From the human T2T-CHM13v2.0 reference genome, Homo sapiens: 64,000 bases of DNA. The stretch spans positions 23,136,001 to 23,200,000 of the forward strand of contig CP068257.2 of NCBI GenBank assembly GCA_009914755.4, in the 5' to 3' direction. Every line of letters starts with the position of its first letter. The stretch's first letter is position 1. This document shows positions 14,740-28,500 of the stretch, piece after piece. The position numbers were made by a program, and so were the translations under genes. The notes beneath the pieces were generated by a model, which made no database searches, was not told the DNA's origin, and saw only the letters and a program-made list of their open reading frames with translations.

Positions 14740-17700
14740 AATGTAGTAAAACATTCGTAACATAAAATTTGCTATCTTAACCATTTTTAACCTTCTTAAC
14801 CATTTTTAACTGTACAGTTCAATAGTATTAATTCATTCACATTGTTGAGAAACAGATCACTAGAACGTCTGTGTCTTGCAAATCTGAAACTCTATACCAA
14901 TGAAACAACTCCCCATTGCCCCTCCCTTGCTCCTGGTAACCATTATTGTACTTTCTGCTTCTAAGAATTTGACTACTTTAGTTGCTAATTGTAATTAAGA
15001 ATTTGAATACTTCAGTTTCTAATTGTAATTTTAATGTATAATTGCAATTAAACATTATCTTTTATAAAAGACTTTATTTTAGAGCAGTTTTAGGTTTACA
15101 GAAAAATTGAACAGAAGTTAGGAAAATTTTTCATGTACTCCCTGCCTCCACACATACATAGATTTCTCCATTATAACATTCTCAACCAGAATAGAACAAT
15201 AATTACAATGCTGAGCCTACACTGACACATCATTAACACTTAAAGTCCATAGTTTACATTGGAGTTCACTCTTGGTGTTTTACATTCGGTGGGTTTGGAC
15301 CAAAGTATAATGACATGCATTCACTATTCTAGTTTCAGAGTATAGTGTCACTACTCCAAAATTCCTATGTGCTCTGCCTACTCGTAACATGCTTCCCACT
15401 AACCTCTAGAAACCATGATATTTTTATTGTCTTTATAGTTTTGCCTTGGCCAGAATATCATTTAGTTAGAATCTTAGCATCATAGAACATTTAGTCTTTC
15501 AGATTGCCTTCTTTCACTTAGCACTCATTTAAGTTTCTCCATATCTTTTCAGGACTTGATAGCTCATTTCTTTTTAACACTGAATAGTGTTCAGTTTTCT
15601 AGATGCACCCTAGTTTATCTGTCCATTTACCTCACTGAAAGACACCTTGGAAGCTTCTAGATTCTGCAGTATGAATAAAGCTGCTATAAACATCTGTATG
15701 CAGGTTTTTGAGTGGACATAACTTTTCAATTTCCTTCAGGAAATGGCACAACTGCTGGATTATATGGTAGGTGTATGTTCAGATTTTTAAGAACCCCAAG
15801 GCTGTCTTCCAAAGTGGCTGTACAATTTGCTTTCCCAACATAAATGAATGATAGTACTTGTTGCTTGACATTTTTGTCAGCATTTATTGTTGTCAATGTT
15901 CTAAATTTCATCCACTCTACAGATGATTAGTGGTATCTCATTGTTGTTTTAATTTGCATTTCCCTGATGATATAAGATGTAGTGTATCTTTTCAGATACT
16001 AATTTACCATCTGTTCATGTTCTTTGAGGAAGTGTCCATAATGATCTTTGGCCCATTTTTTTTTTAATTGGGTTGTTTGTCCTCTTATTGGTTAGTCTTA
16101 AGAGTTCTTTGCATCTTTTGGATAACAGTATTTTATCAGATATGTCTTTTGTGAACATTTTCTACCAGTATGTGACTAGCCTTTTCATTCTTTTGATGAT
16201 GTCTTTCTCAAAGCAGAAGTTTTAAGAATTTTAATGAAGCCTAGCTTATCAGTTATTTCTTTTATGGATCCCATCTTAGTGTTACATCTACAAAGTCATT
16301 GCCAAGCCCTAGCTCATTCTAGATTTCTCCTATGTTATCGTCTATTATTTTTATAGTTTTGGGTTTTAGATTTAGGTCTGTGATACATAATGGATGAACT
16401 TTGGTGAGGGATGTAAAGTCAGTGTCTATATTCATACTTTGCATGTGGATGACCAGTTGTTTCAGCACCATTTGTCTAAAGATTATCCTTTTACTATTTT
16501 TATTGTCTTTGCTCCATTGTCAAAGATGAGTTGACTATATCTGTCTGGATCTATTTCTGGGATTTCCATTCTGTTTCATTTGTCTATGTGTCCATTCTTT
16601 CACCAGTACAGCACTATCTTGATTATGGTAGCTTTATGGTAAAACTTGAAGTTGAGTAATATCAGTCCTTCAACTTGTCCTTCTCCTTCAATATTGTGTT
16701 AGCTATTTTAGGTCTTTTGCCTCATTATATAAACATTAAAGTTAGTTTGTCAATATTTGCAAAATAACGTCTTGAGATTTTGCTTGAGATTGCATTGTAT
16801 CTATCAATTGAGTAGGAAAGAACAGGTATCTTCACAATATTGAGTCTTTCTATCTGTGAATGTGGAATACCTTTCCATTTACTATGTTCTTTGACTTCTC
16901 TCATTAGAATGTTGTAGTTTTTCTCATATAGATTTTGTATAGTTTTATTAGATTTATGCAAAAGTATTCCCTTTTGGGGGTTGCCAATATAAGAAGTATT
17001 TTTTTAAACTGTCAGATTCTATTTGTTCACTGCTAGTACGTGGGAATCAATTGACTTTTGCACATTAATCTTGTATCCTGCAAACTTGCTCAAATCTTTT
17101 ATTAATTCCAGGAACACTTTTATCCAGTCTTTTAGGTTTTCTACATAGACTATCATGTTATCTGCAAACAAGGACAATTTATTTTTTTCCTTCCCAATCA
17201 GTGTAACTTTTACTGCTTTTTCTTGTCTTATTGCATTAATAGGGCTTGTAGTACAGTGCTGAAAAGCTTTGGTCAGAGAGAACATTCTCACCTTGCTTCT
17301 GATCTTAGTAGGAAAGATCCAAATTTCTCTCTATTAAGTATGATGTTTGCTGTAATTTTTTTTTGTAGATCTTATTTTTCAAGTTAAGGATGCTCTTTTC
17401 TTTTTTGTTTATGTATTTATTTTTTATTTTAATTTTTGTGGGTACATAGTAGATGTATATATTTATGGGGTACATGAGATATTTTGATACAGGCATGCAA
17501 TGTGAAATAGACGCATCATGAAGAATGGGGTATCCATCCCCTCAAGCATTTATCCTTTGAATTACAAGCAATCTATTGCACCCTTTACGTTATTTTAAAG
17601 TGTGTAATTATTATTGACTAAAGTCACCTTATTGTGCTATCAAATAATAAGACTTATTCATTCTTTCCACTTTTGTACCCCTTAACCATCCCCATCCCCC

Positions 17701-18135
17701 CAAGCTCCCAATACCCTTCCCAGTCTCTGGTACACATCCTTTTACTTCTATATTGATGAGTTCAATTGTTTTGATTTTTAGATCCCCTTCTATTTCTAGT
17801 TTACTGAAAGTTTTTTATCATGGATGAGTGTAAGATTTTGTCAAATGCTATTTCTTCATCTATTTATATGATTTTATAATTTTTCTTTCTTAGCCTGTTA
17901 ATATGATTGACTACATTAATTAACTTTTTTGAATGTTGAGTAACTAGCCTTGTATATATGGAATAAATCACACTGGGGTCATGGCACATAATTATTTTCA
18001 TACATTGCTGGATTCTATTTGCTAATATTTTGTCAAAAATTTTTGCATCTATGCTCATAAAAGTCATCACCTATACTTTTATTTTATTTTAATATCAGTC
18101 TGGTTTTGGTATTAGGGTGATGCTGGCCTCATAAG
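14740..18135 (-). mobile_element. Antisense L1 (L1M/L1PB-class) carrying degenerate ORF2 (RT domain) remnants. The element's 3'UTR lies at ~14740-15560 and ORF2 at ~15560-18135.
   Basis: Minus-strand ORFs translate to L1 ORF2: 17864-18070 '[30 protein letters not shown]...INVVNHINRLRKKNYKII' (compare L1 '[61 protein letters not shown]'); 17019-17291 '...[18 protein letters not shown]...[14 protein letters not shown]' (L1 'KLSLFADDMIVYLENP...[13 protein letters not shown]'); 16725-16961 '...HSKWKGIPHSQIERLNIVKIPVL' (L1 '[24 protein letters not shown]'). DNA at 15840 'ccaaagtggctgtacaatttgctttcccaac' and 15390-15700 antisense 3'UTR. Confidence 0.85.
17383..17774 (-). mobile_element. 5'-truncated L1PB-like 3'-end fragment nested inside the older antisense L1 ORF2
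   Basis: Poly-T then 'tattttaatttttgtgggtacatagtagatgtatatatttatggggtacatgagatattttgatacaggcatgcaatgtg...ggggtatccatcccctcaagcatttatcc...aaccatccccatcccccaagctcccaatacccttcccagtctctggtac...gttcaattgttttgatttttagatcc' (antisense of an L1PB-type 3' end). The host antisense ORF2 sequence stops at ~17400 and resumes at 17775 ('cccttctatttctagtttactgaaagttttttatcatggatgag'). Confidence 0.6.
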
Positions 18136-18646
18136 ATGACTTAGGAAGTTTTCCCTGTGAAGCAATTCATTGTGCATTGATGGCCAACATGTCTGAGTCT
18201 GGTGAGATAAAACATCCACCCACACAACAAATTACATGAAGAGGATTTATTATTTACAGATAAGCAGCAAAGGACAATAGAACTTTTTGAAAATATTAGA
18301 TTTGTTTGACAGATGCTTAAAGCTCTGCTCGGCAAGAATTTGAACAATTCACTCATATTTGCTCCCCACAAACTTGTAACTAGAAGTTGGTACTGTCTGC
18401 CCATTTCCCTAAAACAGAAGCAAACACTTTCCTGTCACAATAAAATTACGTTTTTATCCAACTGTTTTTCTTTAGAAACAGCTTTACTTTTGCTCAACTT
18501 ATTTATTTCCATTTTAGTACATGGGAGCATAAGTTTATTCCATGTATTCTAAAAAAAAAATGTAGAGAAAAGGAAGAAGCTACATAAATTTTTCATGCGA
18601 ATTTCTCAAAGATTACATACATGTTTAAATGAAAATGTAGAAAATA

Positions 18647-18930
18647 GGCCGGAGGTGGTGGTTCACGGCTGAAATCCCAGCACTTTGGGAGGTGGAGGCA
18701 GGCAGATCACCTGAGGTCAGGAATTCAAAACCAGCCTAGCCAACATGGTGCAACTCTGCTTAATGCAAATACAAAAATTAGCCGGGTATGGTAGCACACA
18801 CCTGTAATCCCAGCTACTTGGGAGGCTGAGGCAGGAGAATCGCTTGAACAGGGAGGCAGAGGTTGCAGTGAGCCAAGATCGTGCCACAGCACTCCAGCCT
18901 GGGTGACAGAGTGAGACGTTGTCACAAAAG
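18647..18930 (+). mobile_element. Alu SINE whose 3' tail expanded into the adjacent tetranucleotide array. The 17-bp TSD 'gaaaatgtagaaaatag' brackets Alu plus array.
   Basis: 'ggccggaggtggtggttcacggctgaaatcccagcactttgggaggtggaggcaggcagatcacctgaggtcaggaattcaaaaccagcc...cctgggtgacagagtgagacgttgtcacaaaag'. TSD copies at 18630-18646 and 19106-19122. Confidence 0.9.
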
Positions 18931-19039
18931 AGAAAGAGAAAGAAAGAAGGAAAGAAGAAAGAAAGAAAGAAAGAAAAGAAAGAAAGAAGGAAGGAAGGAA
19001 GGAAGGAAGGAAGGAAGGAAGGAAGGAAGGAAGGAAGGA

Positions 19040-19107
<68 letters not shown>

Positions 19108-19110
19108 AAA
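18931..19110. repeat. Compound tetranucleotide microsatellite: (GAAA)n, then (GGAA)13, then (GAAA)~19, about 180 bp
   Basis: 'agaaagagaaagaaagaaggaaagaagaaagaaag...aaggaaggaaggaaggaaggaaggaaggaaggaaggaaggaaggaaggaaagaaagaaag...(gaaa)n...gaaaatg'. The 'K/E/R-rich' ORFs 18881-19126 and 18919-19122 are just its translation. Confidence 0.95.
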
Positions 19111-19427
19111 TGTAGAAAATAGATAAATTACATAAATGTTAGTAAATGGAAATTTTGGTTAGGCACAGATAAACTTCAACAATAAGGCCAGGGGCATATT
19201 GCCATTTAAAAAAAATAAAGTTGAGATATGATTATGTTTAGTGGTGAAGTTATTACTGAATCCAACAGCACTCAGTGATTAAACTCAACTTGTTTATGAA
19301 AACAAAGGAATTTTAATCTTTCTTTGATTTATTGAGAAATACTCATTGGCAAACATCCTTTCTGAATCACCCCAGTGTACCCACTCACACACACACAAAA
19401 TTACTATTATATCATCTAATTGAGCAA

Positions 19428-19726
<299 letters not shown>

Positions 19727-22700
19727 AAATTGAGCAATCTTAAAGAGAACTCACCAGGGAGTTTCACAGCAGCTTTTAGTCAAGTATTGGCAGAGAGCTT
19801 TGCTGAGGCCTGTTTCAGGATGGCCATTTTTGCATGAGGTTTTAGTTGTTTTTTTTTTAGACCTCTCTAATCTTAGATTGTTTTGGATGTTAATTCAGTA
19901 CAAATTTTTTCTCATCAGAGATAGTCACTTTTTTGACAACATAGAATTTGACACAGTAATATTATAATATGAAATATTTTCCTCTTCTTGTTCTATTCCA
20001 AAAGTATCATCTTGTCAAAGACTGCATAAAGCCTCTCTATTATGTTAAAAATACTTTTCCCATGAAGTTTAAAGAAATTTTCTCCCTTTTGAAAATGTGT
20101 TGGGATTTTTGGTCCTCAGGGATTTGAGGCCTTTCTATCTGCCTTTGTTAAATGACTTTTTACTCTGAAAATGACTTGTAATGTAAAAGTTAAAAATTGG
20201 GAAAGAGTTACCACATAGTTTTATGCACCCAGGAAAATTTTAAAGACAATAAGAAAAGCTTTTGCTGTAGCATAGTGTCTATTACATGTACAGGGCATAA
20301 GAGCTTGAGGTGTTTGTTCAAAATTTGGACATACTGTCAGAATGAAGAGGATTATTTGTTAACATATAATAGTTTGACATCTGGTATAAAAATAATAGTG
20401 TCTTATTTCTTTAGATGAATGTACTAAATTGTAAATTAAGAGTATAAGGAGAAAAAAATAATAACAATTATATGTTCATGCAAATTAGCATAGAAATTAA
20501 TGAAAAGGATAGAAGATACAGACTCATTTCAAAGCATGCTCTCACTGGTAAAAACGTTGATGGTGCCTATGTAAAACAAAATTTCCTCTGTATTGTCAAG
20601 TTTACTAAGAAATACAAAACAGTGATGAGAAATTTGTAAAAGCATAAAATACAAAATCATGAAAAGAATAATGATGGGAGATAAATAAATATTCTCTCCC
20701 TTCTCAAGAGAATGGATGGTTTACAAAGAAAAGTTTAATAGCTTGCTCTTGCAAAACTTTTTAATTCTAATGCTGGGATGATCTTATGTTCAGCTAAGAT
20801 AATTGAATGAATATTGGACTGAGCATAAAGAAGTTTTGGAAAAATTCCAAAGGAAAGGTATTAGGAGCAAAAAAAAAAAAAAAAAAAAGCTACACCATCC
20901 TCACTTTATCTTATCAAAATTTTTGCAATTTTTTTCTCTGACATACTTGTTTTTATTCATTGTATTTGGTTATAACTAAGAAAACCCTTAAAAATGTAAT
21001 TTCAAGCACATTATTTCTTAGTACATGCTCTTTTTGTCAACATTATCAAAATTATTTTTTCTTTATTACAGGAAATAAGTTTTTTACCGTGTGTAGTTAC
21101 CAAAAACAACAAAACTATATGACTTTGAAGAATTAATAAAAGCCAGTTTTATGTTTTAATAATTTAACATTTTTATGGACAGAGTTTTATGATAGAGACT
21201 AAATTAAGAAAAGTCAATGTCATCTTGAAGATAACCCATAAAAAATGTGTCTGAAATTTACATGTTTAGTGTAATTATTAGGTTTTGTTAAGACTATTTT
21301 TTAATACCAGAGAGAGACAAATGGTTTAGTGAAGAATTAGACTTACAGTTTAATAGAAATACGATTCTCAGAAAGTTATTTATAATTTCTGAGCTTAAAA
21401 ATGTTATTTTAAAAAATTATTATATGAATCACATTTATCCCCTCAGATATTCTGGGGTTATATGATATTTTTTAAAACGATACTTTGAAATATGTTTAAA
21501 ACTTTTAAGGTGCTAATATTTGTTTAAAAAACTTTAATATGAATTGGAGTTAAGAATTTTACTTCAACCTGAGTTGAATTTGTTAGACCTTGAGATTTCT
21601 ATGACTACTATTACAATCATGCAAAGAAGGCATTAATTAAACAAAAATAATATTTTATGCTCTTGGTATGGGATAATCATTTCCAGTACTAACACCTTCT
21701 CTCTGTGAAATTCAAATAATCGTAAGAAATTTATCCATATTTTTTACAATGTAGGAACTCCTCTCTTTAACATACATGAGTTAAATGATTTTTAAAAACA
21801 GCTTTATTGAGCTATAGCAGATATACAAAAAACTATGCATATTTAAAATATAAAATTTGATGAGTTTGAACATATATATCTACCACATCAAGGTAACAGA
21901 AATATCCATCAAGGTTTAATTTATACCATAATATTCATATTTAATGAGTAAGGAAAATATTGGCTTACAATATTTTTAAGCCAGTATTACATGTAATAGT
22001 CAGTAACAGGTAATATTTAGATGTTAACTATAATATACATAAATCTGGAGACCTTTTTATTGCCTACATGTGTTTGGATATTTCAGGTGCTATTGATAGA
22101 GATATAATATTTAATTCATTGGCTCCATATAATTCAAAAATGAAAAGACATGGAGTGCAGAGTGTTGGTTTTTTTACTAAATAACAGTTACAATCAATGT
22201 TTTATTTATATGAAATGGAGTCAAATAAGTTGAAGGCCATTGTAATTAATAAGTAGGAAATGAAGTGTGAACACATTTCAACGTCCCACTGGGAAATCTA
22301 GGTGACCAGGAGCAGTTAAACTGGACACCGGTTGTCATCTTCCCAGGAGAGCTCTTTGTCATCATCTTTAAATGAAGAATGCAAAACATCATTTTTAGAT
22401 ATTTTTGAATCCTTACAAGTCTGAAAGCCTTTAAACATCATAACTGAAATAATGAGAGACTATTAATAAATGTGATTGACTAAAAGAGTTGCCAGGTGGG
22501 TTTGATTCCCAAGTAAGCCAAAAAAAGGCAACAGAAGCTTATGAAATGTCACAACAATTTATGACAACTTTTGTTATCACAAAGAGAGTCATTCAATTTC
22601 CAAAATAATGTAATTTTAGAAACATGTTATTTCATTTGATCATAGACGCAAGTTCTATATTTTATTATTAAAATATTTTATTTTTCTTCTTTCTAAATAA

Positions 22701-23695
22701 AATAAAATTAATTAGAAACCTGAATAATCAACAGCAAAAATGTGGACTAAAGTTTTACAGTTGTGACACAATACTCCATTTGATGAACAAAGAGAAAACT
22801 ATTATATGGTTTAAATTGTTTCCTGAATTAAAAGTAATTAAATCTTTGGATTTGTAAAACTAAATACATACATTAATATGGTAGATGTAAAAGTAAAAGC
22901 CGAAATAATTTATCTGTTTCCACAGAAGAAAGAAAGGGGTAGGGAGAGAGGGTGAAAGAAGAAAGAAAAGCAATGAGCAAATATTCTTAGGCTTCAGTTC
23001 TGAACTCTAATTGCTGATTTATCTAACAAGTTGTGCCTTGTTTCAGAACCTTGGGGGTTATTTTAAATATAAGCGTTAGAAAAGTATGTTAGAAAAAACT
23101 GCTCACTTTTTATGTGAGAATGCCAAACTTGGCCAAAATGCAATATATTTATATATGTCCTAAGGTCAAGGTTTTCATCAATAAAAATACTAAACCTGCG
23201 TCCTAGACTCAATATAAAAACCATAAAAAGTGACTTTTATAATCCGAATATTTTTACCCAGTTCAGTTCTCAAATTATTTTTATTCTTCTGTCAAAGCCA
23301 CGTATATACAAGTCTTAGTGTCTCCCAATATCAACCAGGTTCTACTGCTTAAAATAGTCCTAAAGTGCTTTATTGTTTTAAAGATGAGGCAATAATGAAT
23401 AATTTCAATGTGCTTCTACACAACACACCTTACCCCTACAATTCAGAGATTCCAAATTGCCGATCTGGGATGATGTTGGGACATTGGTATTTTTGAAAAT
23501 ACTTGCCAAGTGTCTAATGAGTAGGCAAGATGTGAAGCACTTTATGAGGTAATTTCAAGTAAAGGTTCTTTGCTTAAAATGAAGCTAATGCTTCTGCTCA
23601 TTTATGTAACAAATATTATTGAGAAATAACTTCAGCACAAAGATTAATAAAACACTATCCTGTTCCATAATATACTTAAATTTTAATGGAACGTG

Positions 23696-23721
23696 TTTGT
23701 GTGTGTGTGTGTGTGTGTGTA
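23696..23721. repeat. (GT)n microsatellite
   Basis: tgtgtgtgtgtgtgtgtgtgtgtgt. Confidence 0.9.
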
Positions 23722-25027
23722 AAACATAGACAACCAAAAAGGTGTAATTGAATGACTCTCAAGTCCACATTCCCAGAACAAAAGCTGCTTCTCAAATACC
23801 TAAATGTTCTTCCATTCCTAAAATTCATCATGACCTAAACCAAACTCAGGATCATGTGTCATAAATTAGTTTATCCACCTGACGTTCTTATTTCTTAAAG
23901 TTTCAGCATTGTTCCTGTTGACCCAGTTTTATTCCTTAATTCAACTTTTAGACATTCCCAGACATTCTGAGTCAATTTTAAAAATCACTTTTAAATATTA
24001 CTTCAAAACTATATATTATATAAATCTGACTTTTCTCTTCCTACCACCAATATGCAGATTCTTGTCCTCATTACTTCTCAGTATAATTATTCTACCCACG
24101 GTCTCTAAGGGTTAAGCTTGGCATTGCCAATTATTACACTCTCAGAAAAATGTTTTGTACTCCCTCTGCCTTTGTATGGCAGAGAACACCAGCTATTTCT
24201 CAGGATTCGTTCTCCCCTCTTCTACAGTAACACACACACTGGTTTTCAGTAGGAATAGAGATAGTTTCTACCATCCTTGTTGTATGTATGAGGTGGAAAA
24301 AAAAATCCTGGTCAAAAGTATATGAGAAACTTCCAGGAAGTCTCCTTAGACAGACACAATGCAAATTTCTTCCTTTCCTTTTTTGGTTTCCCTTTTATTT
24401 TTTCTTTTAGGCTGGAATGTTTATGTTATTGATGGAACTTGGGGAGACACATTTGGTGACCTTGGGAATGAAGATCTATCTGTAGGGGATATAGAACACA
24501 CTTGGCTATGAGAAACTGTATACCACGATACCAGGCATAGAGCATTATATTTACATGAAAAATAAATAAACTGCTATGTACTTACCCACCGTTATGATGA
24601 GCTTTTGGTTACTCTTAAGTAAATATAATCCACTTTAAATTTCCCTCTTTCTATATCTGATGTAATATTATATTTCTCCTAGAAGTATCTTCTTGACTAT
24701 ATAACTACTCCATTCCTTGTTTTTAGATTACATCTTATCATTTGGTCTTTCAACTAGTGTTCAATGAGGACCTACTCTGTGCCAACCATATTTAAATTGC
24801 ATAGACGCCAGAGTTAAGTCAGATAAAACATTCAGCCCTCATGAACTCTATACTTAAGTTGAAGAAACAAGTAAACAAATGACTCAGGAAATTCATATTA
24901 TGTTATCTGGCAATAAGTGTATTGAAAAAAAAGTAAATTAAGAAAGAAGGATAGCAAACATCAGGGCTATGGGAGGATTGTGGAGGGGGAATTGTACTTT
25001 AAAATAAGCCAGGGAAGGCCTCAATTA

Positions 25028-25565
<538 letters not shown>

Positions 25566-28500
25566 GAAAAATGTGGGGGCAGACCCTCCCTGACTCCCAA
25601 CTTTTGTTCGTGGTAATTTCTCTACCTGAAGGACCCTTTAACATTATGTTAGGTTTTTGAAATTCAAGATTTCTTTTAAGATCTCAAATACACTTTCTTT
25701 AAAAAGCCTTTTCTACTACCCTTGTCCAGGTGATCACTCCTCAGTGACATGATAGCCTGACTGATTTTACTTTCTATCTCTTACTAAAGTCTGGCTGTAA
25801 TTAAGTAAGTCTTAACCCTCTTCTCTGATATACTGTGTCCTGAAGTTATGCCTTGAAAGATAACATTTATCATGCAATACCAATTAGCACACAACAAAAC
25901 TCATTATATACCCATATATGCATGTATGTATACTTCTAACTCAACAACATGCCATTTTAATATCATACATTTTAGCACAATCAATTTTACTAATTAAAAT
26001 GTTTGTTTCCTTATATCAGGTATGCTGGAATTCTAGTTAAGTATGCACAAAGTAGCTTAGCAAGTGAGGATTATCAAAGAGAGAAGTGTAATGATAACAA
26101 TACTTTTTAGGCTATAAATGAGGATTAATGAAACAATTCTACATCAGATTTCTCACCAAACATACTAATTATTGTTGTCTTTTACTTGACTGACTGGCCA
26201 AGAGAAAGACTGTCAGATCCCTGTTTTCTGAAACAGCACAGTTCTATTCTTTTGCAGTTGTGGAGGCCAGAATTCAGAAATGGGTTTTACAGAGTCAAAA
26301 TCAATGCCTCTGAAGGGCAATGCTCTCTCTGGAGGCTCTAGTGGAGAATCCTTTTGCTTGCTTTTTCCGGCTTCTAGGTCTGTAATTCTTGTTTACCTTG
26401 CCTTACGGCCCCTTCTTGCATAGCCAGTCAACAGCACAGCACCTTGCTTCAGTTATCACATTGCCTTCTTCTGTGTAAAATCTCCCTTAGTTCAATCTTA
26501 AAAGTACACTTGGGATTATATTTACCAACTATTTGAGAATCCAGAATAATCACTCCATTTTAAGATTCTTAATTTAATTACATCTGCAAAATCTTTTTGG
26601 CCATAAAAATGCTCACAGGTTCCAGGCATTAGGACATGGATATCTCCAGGGGCCATTATTCAGCCTACCTTCATGCCATATAATAAAACAATTTGGCTTG
26701 AGAAGACAAGCAGCGCTTTGTTCTGAGAAGAAAGTTCACCAGCACAAGCAGCACACACTGGAAAATTGAAAATATACTCCTTTTATATCTAGAATGCTTA
26801 AAATTTAAATTCCAATTCAAATATGCCACGCAAGTATTCCCTATAGCTGTGGCAGTAACATTCTATCTACGGCAGTCTCAAGTGGAATTCCTTCATGACT
26901 TCCTCAGGATTTTGCCCATGACAGGGAGGGAACTGACAAGTATACTGAACATATTCTGTCTCTTCCATCCTTACCATATTGCAAAGGGTCACTTCATACT
27001 GTAGATCGGATGGAGAAGAGATTCAAACCAAACATCCAAATTAATCCTTCCTTCTTGTATTTTCTTATAAAATAATTATTCTCACAAATTGAACTGGGAT
27101 GTTTGAGTTTAAAAGCCAAGAATTGGCCACCTCTCTTCTCTGGTGCTATCTGACAAATTCATTCTGGGGCAGATGGCAGTAGATGCCTTAATAGGGAAAC
27201 ATAATGTGGAAAAAAACCAGTTATCACCTAACATTATACACACACACAGAGTACATATTTTAAAACGTATTCATATTTCTTCCCCTTGAAGAGTGTCCTA
27301 AAATTTCAGCATGTGTCAGCATCACCTAGAGGCCTTTTTAAAAAAGATAGCCAAATCCTACTCCTAGAAAATCTGATCCAATTGGTCTGCAGTGGGGCCA
27401 AGAATTTCCATTTCTAGCAAGTTCCCAGATGATACTGGTCCTACATATTCAGGGACCACTGCTTTAAAATACAACTGATACTACGTCCTCAAGTTCTCAG
27501 TCCACAGTTGGTGACTAAAAAGCCGCTTTTATCATGGTTCTGAAATGAGATCAATTTCACCTATGATACACAGCCTACAAAAAAAAAAATGCCTTATAGT
27601 AGCTTTAATCTTGTATAAGGCATTTACAGAAGAGATTTTCACAGTGTCAGTGAACCTCAGATTTGTAGTGAATCTCAATCTCCTCCTACATGTAATTTTT
27701 CTCCTTATCATAAACCTCAACTAGAATTAGGGCAAGCCCCTCAGTGAGACTAAAATTCCATCAGCTTCAGGTAATTCCATTACCTACAGAAGTCTTTTCA
27801 GAAAGAGAACCTTTGATCAAGCTTCGAGGGTGTCATGATTTCTCTGAGAGATGGAAGGGAAAAAAATAAAATCCATTACCGCAAAATAACCAGCAGAGAA
27901 TCCTTCCTCACTCCCATCTCTAGTCCCCTTGCTGCATAATTGCTTTAAGGCTTATTATGGCCACATTAGGGTTTGAGCTCAAAGTCTTCTCTAAAACACA
28001 AAATGTAGAGAAGTAATTCTTTACGAATACCGAATAAAGCTTACATTTTTTGTACGTATTTTTATTAATGTGGAAATTCCATTTATTACCAATTCATGTG
28101 GCAGGAACATATTATCCTGTGAATTAAAATCTCTATGGTGACATGGCAAGACCCATCTAAGAAATTCTCAAATGAACATAAATTAAGATCACAAACCACA
28201 TAGATAAAGGGCAAGGAAATTTACCTTTTTCAAGATATTGTTAATTTTTAAAATGTTCTTTATTATGATTTTCCAGAATTTTAATCAAGCTCACATATGA
28301 GCTCTACTACTTTTTCTCCTACAAAACCAATTACTTAAAGCTCTACAAACATACGTTTACTGAAATGAGCAGCTTTGTCCTTTAGCCTTGCTGCGGGCAT
28401 CAAATACCATGGCAATTATGGAAAGACTATTCAATGTATACCAATTGGTGTCAAAAATCAATAAGACTTGGCATTGCCTCTTTATGTAAGGACGGTAGTT

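Noticed and set aside
15726-18070. L1 ORF2-like minus-strand ORFs (61-90 aa) that could be called a reverse-transcriptase gene
   Set aside because: They are short, frame-broken pieces of one degenerate L1M/L1PB ORF2 and are interrupted by a nested L1 fragment. They are pseudogenic repeat remnants, not a functional RT gene.
18931-19110. Regularly spaced short repeats that a checklist might flag as a CRISPR-like array
   Set aside because: This is a pure tetranucleotide microsatellite with no spacers, in primate DNA.
18881-19126. ORFs encoding '[11 protein letters not shown]...' / '[12 protein letters not shown]...' low-complexity proteins
   Set aside because: They are translations of the (GGAA)n/(GAAA)n microsatellite in the Alu tail.
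24400-24500. Polypyrimidine tract plus AG ('ttttcttttag|gctggaatg...') followed by a 33-codon open frame, a possible exon
   Set aside because: The frame ends in a stop after ~100 bp with no donor-site consensus and no recognisable peptide. A chance acceptor-like motif in AT-rich DNA is common.
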